Below are positions 55,903-63,024 of a stretch of DNA of 64,000 bases, piece by piece (positions within the stretch are counted from its first letter, which is position 1; every line of letters starts with the position of its first letter). Origin of the DNA: Opitutus sp. GAS368 (lineage in GTDB: Bacteria > Verrucomicrobiota > Verrucomicrobiia > Opitutales > Opitutaceae); contig CAMBVX010000001.1 in assembly GCA_945871085.1 (NCBI GenBank), forward strand, positions 7,347 through 71,346, in the 5' to 3' direction. A model generated the notes under the pieces. That model was not told where the DNA came from, searched no databases, and saw nothing but the letters and a program-made list of their open reading frames with translations. The translations under genes and the position numbers were made by a program.

Positions 55903-55916
55903 TTGACGCACGTCAA
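55903..55916. promoter_or_regulatory. FNR/Dnr/NnrR-type box TTGAC-GCAC-GTCAA with matching -10
   Basis: Centre at 55909.5. TATAAA at 55939-55944 starts 29.5 nt from the centre (class II, -41.5 geometry). The shared downstream string CTTGCGCTAYAA also occurs after the 58063 box. The NirK-like ATG is at 55985. Confidence 0.75.
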
Positions 55917-55984
55917 AGCGCCGTGGGTCACCTTGCGCTATAAATCGGCACAGTTCCGTCGCCAATTTTCCAACGTTTATTCCT

Positions 55985-57607
55985 ATGCATGCTACCTCCC
56001 TTAAACTCGGTTCACCTCGTCTGGTCGCCGGCTTCGGTCTTGCCGCGGCCCTGTTCATCGTCCCCGTCACTTTGGCCTGCGAAGCCTGTAACAGTGTCAT
56101 GGCAAAGCGCCTGCTCGGCGGCAACAGCCCCTCGGTGCACGCGGCCGAACTCACCGCCTTGGTGAAAAATTCCGGCTGGAACGGTGCCGCCAATCTCCTG
56201 GCCTTTGCGGGCGGCGCCCCGTTTCAGAGTTCCGCCGGTGGCGGTGGTGGCGCCGCCGCTCCCGCGGCGACTCCGCCCGTTGCACCCCCGCACCCGTTTC
56301 AGGCCGTCATCGATCGGGATAAAAAACTACCCATGTGGGAGACCAGCTACGTCGTCCCCGGCACCAAGCCCGACAAGAAATTTCGCCTCGAGATGAACGA
56401 AGGCGATGTCTTCATCGGCAACGGCGTCGTCTACAGCGGATTCACCGTCAACGGCACGATTCCCGGCCCGACGCTCATCGCCGAGGAGGGCGACGTGATT
56501 GAGCTGACGGCCGTCAACAACGGCGGCGTGCCGCATGGCATGTCCATCCACGCCGCCTACACGCAGACCTCGAAATACCTCGGCAAGATCGCCCCCGGGG
56601 CGACGGCGTCCATGCTCTTTCGCGTCAACCACCCCGGCGTCTACATGTATCACTGCGCCCCGGGCGGACACGCGATCCCGATGCACACGCTGCTGGGCCA
56701 GTATGGCATGTTCGTCGTCAAGCCCAAGACGGTGAAGTTCAAGGCCGAGCAGATCATCGGCCACAAACCCGACGTCGAACTCTACATCGTGCAGCATGAA
56801 CTTTACGCCAGCGGCAAGGAAGCCGTCGAAGGCCACGCGGCCTACGTCCTGTTCAACGGCAAACTATTCCGCTACGTCGAGAGCCCGATCAAAGTGCGCC
56901 CGGGTGATTTTGTGCGGATCAACTTCCTCAACGTCGGCCCGAACCTCATCTCCACGTTCCATCTCGTCGGCATCATTTGGGATTACGCCTACTGGCAGGG
57001 CACGCCGACGCCGGAGAACACCTTCACCGGCGGCCAGAGCGTCACCGCCGGCCCGACGGACTCCTGGGTCGTCGATTTCCGCGTGCCACCGGACGAGGGC
57101 AACTACCTGATCGTGACGCATGCCTTCGGCTCGACGACGCGCGGTGCGATCGGCGTGCTCGCCGCTGCGAAGGACGCCGTGCGCACGCCCACAGTGTTGG
57201 CCGACGGTCCGGCCTACTCCGAGGCCGCGATGAAGGAACACACGGCCAAAGCCGCGCGCGTCATCTCGCCGTTCAAGGCGACCAAGGATGAACTCGAGAA
57301 TCCCTCCACGCTCCCGGCCGGGCAGAAGAAACTCCGCATTCAAATCATCGGAAATTCCTACTGGCCGAAAGTGGCCTCGGTGCCCCCCGGCACCACGGTC
57401 GAGTGGGTGAACGAAGATATTTTCACCTTCGCGAGCGGTGAGTTTGCGGGCGTCCACGACGCCGTGACCAGCGAAGCCCCGGAACATTTCGCCTCCAAGA
57501 TGCTCGGCCACGCCGAAAAATGGAGCACGGTTCTGACGAAGAAGGGCGACTACAAATTCTACTGCACACCGCATCCGTATATGGAAGGCATCATCCGCGT
57601 CGAGTGA
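55985..57607 (+). CDS. Copper-containing nitrite reductase (NirK)-like two-domain multicopper protein with C-terminal cupredoxin fusion
   Basis: PHGMSIHAA (T1/T2 His pair spacing as H95/H100), YMYHCAPGGHAIPMH (His-Cys T2/T1 pair), and a second-domain STFHLVGIIWDY (H306-like). The last about 100 aa form a separate blue-copper domain, GTTVEWVNED...GVHDAV...YKFYCTPHPYMEGIIRVE (Cys-x2-His-x2-Met). The N-terminus has a membrane/signal segment and a Gly/Ala/Pro linker. Confidence 0.75.
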   Translation: MHATSLKLGSPRLVAGFGLAAALFIVPVTLACEACNSVMAKRLLGGNSPSVHAAELTALVKNSGWNGAANLLAFAGGAPFQSSAGGGGGAAAPAATPPVAPPHPFQAVIDRDKKLPMWETSYVVPGTKPDKKFRLEMNEGDVFIGNGVVYSGFTVNGTIPGPTLIAEEGDVIELTAVNNGGVPHGMSIHAAYTQTSKYLGKIAPGATASMLFRVNHPGVYMYHCAPGGHAIPMHTLLGQYGMFVVKPKTVKFKAEQIIGHKPDVELYIVQHELYASGKEAVEGHAAYVLFNGKLFRYVESPIKVRPGDFVRINFLNVGPNLISTFHLVGIIWDYAYWQGTPTPENTFTGGQSVTAGPTDSWVVDFRVPPDEGNYLIVTHAFGSTTRGAIGVLAAAKDAVRTPTVLADGPAYSEAAMKEHTAKAARVISPFKATKDELENPSTLPAGQKKLRIQIIGNSYWPKVASVPPGTTVEWVNEDIFTFASGEFAGVHDAVTSEAPEHFASKMLGHAEKWSTVLTKKGDYKFYCTPHPYMEGIIRVE

Positions 57608-57687
57608 CGCTCCGCGCCGCCTGCACGGGCGACCCCTCGGGCGGGTCGGTCGGACCTTCAGCATTAACCTGCCGCCGTGGCCTCTGG

Positions 57688-57927
57688 TTGGTCATGGCGA
57701 GAGCTCGGGCCAACGCCGGGCCGTTGGGTGAAAGGGGCGATGAACGTTGTTGGTCATGGCGAGGAACGCAGCGACGTGGCCATCCATCTGGAAATTCAGC
57801 TGGATTGCCGCGCCCCCAAAGCCGGGCTCGCAATGACAAACCCTATGAGTGCATTGGCAGGGAGGCTCTGCCGACCGCGGCAAGCCAGCTGGATTGCTTC
57901 GGCGCTGCGCTTCTCGCCATGACAACC
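57688..57927 (+). repeat. Second R2 hairpin-repeat cluster (units a'-d'-e'), direct repeat of parts of 55246-55665
   Basis: ttggtcatggcgagagctcgggccaacgccgggccgttgggtg..gatgaacgttgt parallels 55246-55308. gcgaggaacgcagcgacgtggccatccatctggaaattcagctggattgccgcgcccccaaagccgggctcgcaatgacaaac is about 95% identical to 55480-55562. Confidence 0.88.
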
Positions 57928-58062
57928 AACGATGCTTCGCTGGCGTAAGTTGACGCTTACGGGCTGGCCGACTCGCTCCCTCTTGCGCCCGGACCACGAG
58001 TCCGGGCGCCGTTGTGTCCGGACGTCGGCGCGGGAACGAAGGCGGGTTTCCGCACGCAAACC

Positions 58063-58076
58063 TTGACCTCGGTCAA
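58063..58076. promoter_or_regulatory. FNR/Dnr/NnrR-type box TTGAC-CTCG-GTCAA (within 18-nt palindrome CCTTGACCTCGGTCAAGG)
   Basis: Centre at 58069.5. The -10-like TACAAC at 58099-58104 sits inside CTTTGCGCTACAA, the same string as at the NirK promoter. The predicted TSS is at about 58111, which coincides with the first ATG of the next gene. Confidence 0.7.
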
Positions 58077-58110
58077 GGCGGCGCGCGCGCCTTTGCGCTA
58101 CAACTGCGCC

Positions 58111-59565
58111 ATGCCACCCCCCACGGCCACCTTCCCCGCCAGCGCCCGATTCGCCCCGCGCCTCGCGGGTGCGGCGCAGTCGGATGCGTCCGTCTCCGCC
58201 TCGGCCCTCCAACCGGCCCGCGGCTGGTTTCTTTTCGCCATTGGCAGCCTCGTGCTCGCCGGCCTGCTTTCACTCCTGCTCGTCGTCGGCCGGCTGCCGT
58301 TTCTCGGCTGGCTGTTCACCGATCCGCTCTTTTTCAAACGCGCCCTCGTGGTCCACGTCGATCTCGCGATCGTCGTCTGGTTTCAAGCCGGCACGCTCGC
58401 GTTTCTCGCTCTGGCCGTCGGCCCGCGTCTCCACCGCGGTGTGACGGCGGCCGCGCTCGCGCTCGCGGCGGCGGGCATCGTCGGCTTGCTCGTCGGCGCG
58501 GTGATGCCGGGTGCGCAACCCGTCCTCTCCAACTACGTCCCGGTGATCGACCACCCGATTTTTTTCGGCGGACTCATCGCCTGGTTTGCCGGCTCCGGTT
58601 TATTCTTCGCCCTCGCGCTCGCCACACCCTCGCGCACCGACGCGAAGGCGCTCTCCGCCGATGTCGTGATCGCCCTGCGCGCCTCGGCCGTCGCGAATCT
58701 CCTGGCGGTGGTCACCTTCCTGGGAGCGTGGCAAACGACGCCGGATTCCGTGCCGGGCGTATTTTATGAGCTCCTGTTCTGGGGCGGCGGTCATGTCCTG
58801 CAAACGGCCAACGTCGCCGCGATGCTCGCCCTGTGGTTGCACCTGTTGCACCGCTGGACGGGTAGGGTGGTGCTGACCCCGGCCATCGCAACCGCCCTGC
58901 TCGCCGCGCTCGTCGCGCCGCAGGTCGTCATGCCGCCGCTGGCCTTCGGGGGCACGACCGCCACGAGCTATTTCTCCATGGCCACTCACCTCATGCGTTG
59001 GACGATTTTCCCCGTGGTGCTGGTCGTGCTCGGCGCCGCGACCCTCCACGTGTGGCGGGCGCGGAGGACGGTGAATTGGCGCGACTATCGTTTCCTCGGT
59101 CTCGCCGGCAGCGCGTCGCTGACGCTCCTCGGATTTATTCTCGGGGCGCTGATCCGCAGTTCGAGCACGCTCGTGCCGGGCCACTACCACTGTGCCATCG
59201 GCGCGGTGACGATCGCGTTGATGGCGGCGGCCTATGATTTCTGCGCCGCTGTCGCGCCGCACGGTGCCGCGGCCGAAACACCGCGTCGCGCGCGTCTGCA
59301 GCTCCTGCTCTTCGGTGGTGGCCAGGCGGTCTTCGGCCTCGGATTCGCGCTGGCCGGCACCTACGGGCTCGGGCGCAAACAATACGGTGCCGAGCAGCAC
59401 GTACGTTCGCTCGGCGAATACTTCGGCCTCAGCGTCATGGGCCTCGGCGGCTTCGTGGCCGTGGCCGGCGGGATATTTTTCCTCGCGGTGATGCTGCGCC
59501 GGATCGGCGCGTGGCATCGTGATTTTTCTCCCGTCACCTCATCCCTCCATGAACAACGAACCTGA
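58111..59565 (+). CDS. Haem-copper-oxidase subunit-I-like polytopic membrane protein lacking the helix-VII CuB His-His pair
   Basis: Aligns by eye with the subunit I at 60277: LLFWGGGHVLQTANVAAMLALWLHLLH vs LIWWGLGHQSQQVNVCAMVSVWYLISH; LVPGHYHCAIGAVTIALMAAAY vs RIPGHFHVTVVGGTTLAFMALAY; VVHVDLAIVVW vs TFHGINMLILW. Where the partner has SAHHLLVDP this protein has LVAPQVVMPP. The start at 58111 is uncertain. Confidence 0.7.
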   Translation: MPPPTATFPASARFAPRLAGAAQSDASVSASALQPARGWFLFAIGSLVLAGLLSLLLVVGRLPFLGWLFTDPLFFKRALVVHVDLAIVVWFQAGTLAFLALAVGPRLHRGVTAAALALAAAGIVGLLVGAVMPGAQPVLSNYVPVIDHPIFFGGLIAWFAGSGLFFALALATPSRTDAKALSADVVIALRASAVANLLAVVTFLGAWQTTPDSVPGVFYELLFWGGGHVLQTANVAAMLALWLHLLHRWTGRVVLTPAIATALLAALVAPQVVMPPLAFGGTTATSYFSMATHLMRWTIFPVVLVVLGAATLHVWRARRTVNWRDYRFLGLAGSASLTLLGFILGALIRSSSTLVPGHYHCAIGAVTIALMAAAYDFCAAVAPHGAAAETPRRARLQLLLFGGGQAVFGLGFALAGTYGLGRKQYGAEQHVRSLGEYFGLSVMGLGGFVAVAGGIFFLAVMLRRIGAWHRDFSPVTSSLHEQRT

Positions 59566-59698
59566 AAAACATCCGTGGCAGAAAGTGCTCGATAACCCGT
59601 GGCTGCTCCTCGTCCTCGGCGTCCTGATACCGATTTTGTCCTACACCGTGTGGGGCTGGGTCGAACTCGTCCTCACCAAACCCGCGTTGCTGCCCTGA
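59549..59698 (+). CDS. Small single-TM protein, candidate ba3-type subunit IIa analogue (not in supplied ORF track)
   Basis: ATG at 59549, TGA at 59696-59698. MNNEPEKHPWQKVLDNPWLLLVLGVLIPILSYTVWGWVELVLTKPALLP (49 aa, one hydrophobic helix). Lies immediately 5' of a one-TM CuA subunit II and overlaps the preceding gene by 17 nt. Confidence 0.5.
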   Translation: MNNEPEKHPWQKVLDNPWLLLVLGVLIPILSYTVWGWVELVLTKPALLP

Positions 59699-59713
59699 AC
59701 CCCCTCTTTTCCC

Positions 59714-60265
59714 ATGAGCTTAAGTCCTCTCACCAAACCGTGGTTTCACGCGCCGGCGGGCCACGAAAAAATCTGGCTCGGCTGCGCGGTCCTCTGGTGC
59801 TTCGTGATGTCGCTGATGATGCCGTACTGGCATTTTCGCGGTAAACAAAACAGCACCGGCGAAGCCTACACCGTTAAACCGGCCGACTTCCTCGCTCGCA
59901 CCGAAAAGTTCGTCGCGTCGAACAAGGTCGGCACCTATAAAAATACCAACCACAACGCGCTCATGCCCGAGTTGCCCCTCGTCGAGCCGCCGGCCGGCGG
60001 CGACGCCTACTTGATCGGCCGCATGTGGCACTGGTATCCGGCGCTGCGCCTGCGCATGGGCGAGACCTATCGCCTGCACCTCTCGGCGCTCGACTTGCAG
60101 CACGGCTTCTCGCTGCAACCGATCAATATGAATTTCCAGGTGCTGCCCGGCTACGATCACGTGCTCACCTTCACTCCGACTTCGAAGGGCGAGTTCACCA
60201 TCGTCTGCAATGAATTTTGCGGCGCCGGCCATCACGCCATGTCCGGAAAAATCTTTGTCGAATAA
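59714..60265 (+). CDS. Haem-copper oxidase subunit II (single TM + CuA cupredoxin domain)
   Basis: One TM (IWLGCAVLWCFVMSLMMPYW). CuA ligand pattern LQHGFS ... CNEFCGAGHHAMSGKIFV (H, C-x-E-x-C-x3-H-x2-M). Confidence 0.88.
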   Translation: MSLSPLTKPWFHAPAGHEKIWLGCAVLWCFVMSLMMPYWHFRGKQNSTGEAYTVKPADFLARTEKFVASNKVGTYKNTNHNALMPELPLVEPPAGGDAYLIGRMWHWYPALRLRMGETYRLHLSALDLQHGFSLQPINMNFQVLPGYDHVLTFTPTSKGEFTIVCNEFCGAGHHAMSGKIFVE

Positions 60266-60276
60266 CCGCCCCCGCC

Positions 60277-61980
60277 ATGTCCACTCCCTCTCATTCACTC
60301 TCCGCTCCGGGCACGCCCGGTCGCGTGTGCGGCACGACCGGCCTCGGTGTCTGCCTCGACGCCCAACGCTTCATCAAGCTCAATGCCGTCGCCGGCATTG
60401 TCTTCCTCCTCCTCGGTGGCATCGCCGCGCTCCTGCTCGCGCTCACGCGTTGGCAGACCGTGCACCTGCTCCCCGTCGACTGGTTTTATCGGATCCTGAC
60501 GTTCCACGGCATCAACATGCTGATCCTGTGGATACTCTTCTTCGAGATCGCCATCCTCTACTTCGCCTGCACGACGCCGCTCAATTCCCGGCTCTTCTCG
60601 CGCAAGATTGCCTGGGTCTCGTTCGGGATGATGCTCACCGGCGCCATCATGGTGGATTACATCATCATCGCCGGACAAGCCGACGTGATGATGACTTCCT
60701 ACCTGCCGCTGCTGGCGCATCCGCTCTTCTACCTCGGGATCATTCTCGTCGCCGTCGGCACATTGGTGGGCGTGTTTAATTTCTTCGCCACCCTCTACGT
60801 CGCGAAACGGGACCAGACCTACACCGGCTCCGTGCCGATCGTCACGTTCGGTGCCACCGCCGCCGCCATCATCGCCGTCGTCACTTTGTTGCACGGCGCC
60901 GTCGTGATGATCCCGACGTTTACTTATTCGATGGGTTGGACGCCGCAGCCCGACCCCGCGTGGTATCGCCTCATCTGGTGGGGCCTCGGTCACCAATCGC
61001 AGCAGGTCAACGTCTGCGCGATGGTCTCCGTCTGGTATCTGATTTCGCACATCGTCGTCGGTGCCCGCCCGATCAACGAGGCCGTCTGTCGCACCGCCTT
61101 TGTGCTGTACATTCTTTTTATCAATCTCGCCTCGGCCCATCATCTCCTCGTCGATCCCGCAGTCGGTGCCACGTGGAAGATCTGGAACACGTCCTACGCC
61201 ATGTATCTCGCGGTGCTCGCCTCGATGGTACACGGCTTCACCGTCCCCGCCGGCGTCGAAATTGCCATGCGTGAAAAGGGCTACACGAGCGGGATTTTCG
61301 GTTGGGTCACGGCGCTGCCGTGGAAGAACCCCGCGTTCTCCGGCACCGCGTTGTCGGTCGTCATCTTCGGGTTCCTCGGCGGCATCACCGGCGTCACGCT
61401 CGGCACGCAGCAGATCAATATCATCGCGCACAACACCCTGCGCATCCCCGGTCACTTCCACGTGACCGTCGTCGGCGGCACGACCCTGGCGTTCATGGCG
61501 CTCGCCTACTACGTGATCCCGCTGATCTTCCAACGCGACTTCATCTTCCGCGGGGTCGCCCGCCTGCAACCGTGGTTGTTCGGACTCGGGATCGTGATGC
61601 TTTCCTTCGGCATGTCGTTCGCCGGTTCGATGGGTGTTTCCCGCCGTAGTTGGGATATTGATGCGCAAGGTGTCTATGGTCCCGCGGCCCACCTCTGGCT
61701 CGGCGTGCTCGGCCTCGGTGGCGTCCTCGCCTTCGTCGGTCTGCTCGTCTTCGCGCTGCTCTGTGTCGGCACACTCTTCTTCGGGCCGAAAATTGAACAC
61801 CGCGCCATGGCCGACTGGGGCACACCGCCCGCCCTCGCCGGTTCGGAATCCGGCTCACTGGCCAATGACCACTACGCCACCAAGGGCACGATGGTCCTCG
61901 TCCTCGTTTTCCTCGCCTGCTTCGCGGTCTATTATTTCGCGAACTGGAAGGCTCTCGCCGACGTCTGGCCCGTGCGCTGA
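60277..61980 (+). CDS. B-family-like haem-copper oxidase subunit I lacking the His-Tyr cross-link tyrosine (NO-reductase-like variant)
   Basis: ATG at 60277 (MSTPSHSL). Ligand set present: helix II LTFHGINM, CuB WWGLGH, SAHHLLVDP, helix X IPGHFHVTV. It is collinear with Thermus ba3 as I recall it (FWWTGHPIVYFW / HHQFADP / GWIRALPWDNPAF vs GWVTALPWKNPAF / PGHFHLQV). The His+4 position is Gln (GHQSQQV), not Tyr. Confidence 0.85.
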   Translation: MSTPSHSLSAPGTPGRVCGTTGLGVCLDAQRFIKLNAVAGIVFLLLGGIAALLLALTRWQTVHLLPVDWFYRILTFHGINMLILWILFFEIAILYFACTTPLNSRLFSRKIAWVSFGMMLTGAIMVDYIIIAGQADVMMTSYLPLLAHPLFYLGIILVAVGTLVGVFNFFATLYVAKRDQTYTGSVPIVTFGATAAAIIAVVTLLHGAVVMIPTFTYSMGWTPQPDPAWYRLIWWGLGHQSQQVNVCAMVSVWYLISHIVVGARPINEAVCRTAFVLYILFINLASAHHLLVDPAVGATWKIWNTSYAMYLAVLASMVHGFTVPAGVEIAMREKGYTSGIFGWVTALPWKNPAFSGTALSVVIFGFLGGITGVTLGTQQINIIAHNTLRIPGHFHVTVVGGTTLAFMALAYYVIPLIFQRDFIFRGVARLQPWLFGLGIVMLSFGMSFAGSMGVSRRSWDIDAQGVYGPAAHLWLGVLGLGGVLAFVGLLVFALLCVGTLFFGPKIEHRAMADWGTPPALAGSESGSLANDHYATKGTMVLVLVFLACFAVYYFANWKALADVWPVR

Positions 61981-62001
61981 GTGCCGCCTGCCCCCTCCGC
62001 C

Positions 62002-63024
62002 ATGTCCGTCCCCGTCACCGTGGTTTTTTCGCCCGCGAGTTCCGCCGTTCCTACGCCCATTCCGGGCGGCTGGGGCGGCACGGCACCCGCGCGATTCCTC
62101 ACGGGGCCGGGGCTGCTGGTGTTTCTGCTGACCGCCCTCGCGGGCTATGAAGGATTTTTGCTGCTCACGATTTTCGGTCCAACCGAGGGCGGTTGGCTCG
62201 GAGACTTTGTGCGCGATTTTCAACTCTGGTGTTATCGGGGCGATCCGCGCACCGGCGGGATTTCGTGGCTCGCCGTCTCCGTAATGATGGGTGAGCCGAT
62301 TTTTGTCGTGGGCGTCGCCGCGCTGCTGTGGCGGAAAGTATTCCTTCGGCTGAGTTCGCCCGCGCTCTGGCTGACGCACGCGCGGGCCGCGGGCACCGCG
62401 CTGCTCCTGACGGTGATCGCGGCCGGCGGGCTCCTCTACTATGCGCGCACCGACGCCGTGAGCGCCCAGATCTTGCCGCCCTTCCCCGGGGAGCGCATCC
62501 GCGTCCACCTTGCGCTGCCCGACACCGCACTCATCGACCAGCAGGCCGCGCCGTTCCGTTTCGCCGACCTGCGCGGCCGCGTCGTCCTCGTCACCGGGGT
62601 CTATGCCGCCTGCACCACCGCGTGTCCGGAAATATTCATCGAGTTGAAAAAAATCCTCGGCGAACTTCCCGCCACCGAGCGCGCCGACCTCAGCGTCGTG
62701 GCGCTCTCGCTCAATCCGGAATATGAGACCACCGATCTGATGAACGCCCTCGCCGAGGGCCGCGGCCTCACGCATCCTGAATTCCGTTACGTCAACGCCC
62801 CCGCCCCCGCCGCCATGCACGATGCACTCACGCGGCTCCAGTTCTCCGCCACGCGCAATCCGCAGACCGGCGTGATCGACCACGCCAATCTTTTCCTGCT
62901 CGTCGATCGCTCGAACCACATCGCTTATCGCTTCACCCTCGATGCGCGCCACCGCGCGTGGTTGCGCACCGCCTTGCGGTCCCTCCTCAGCGAAACTCAT
63001 GCCGTCGCCCCACGAGCACCCTGA
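62002..63024 (+). CDS. SCO1/SenC copper chaperone domain fused to an about 170-aa polytopic N-terminal membrane domain
   Basis: C-terminal thioredoxin-fold FRFADLRGRVVLVTGVYAACTTACPEIF...VALSLNPEYET...VIDHANLFLLVD (CxxxC + His). The N-terminal half has about 4 TM helices. The start at ATG 62002 or GTG 61981 is unresolved. Confidence 0.8.
   Translation: MSVPVTVVFSPASSAVPTPIPGGWGGTAPARFLTGPGLLVFLLTALAGYEGFLLLTIFGPTEGGWLGDFVRDFQLWCYRGDPRTGGISWLAVSVMMGEPIFVVGVAALLWRKVFLRLSSPALWLTHARAAGTALLLTVIAAGGLLYYARTDAVSAQILPPFPGERIRVHLALPDTALIDQQAAPFRFADLRGRVVLVTGVYAACTTACPEIFIELKKILGELPATERADLSVVALSLNPEYETTDLMNALAEGRGLTHPEFRYVNAPAPAAMHDALTRLQFSATRNPQTGVIDHANLFLLVDRSNHIAYRFTLDARHRAWLRTALRSLLSETHAVAPRAP

Noticed and set aside
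60295-61800. 501-aa minus-strand ORF
   Set aside because: Antisense to the haem-copper oxidase subunit I.
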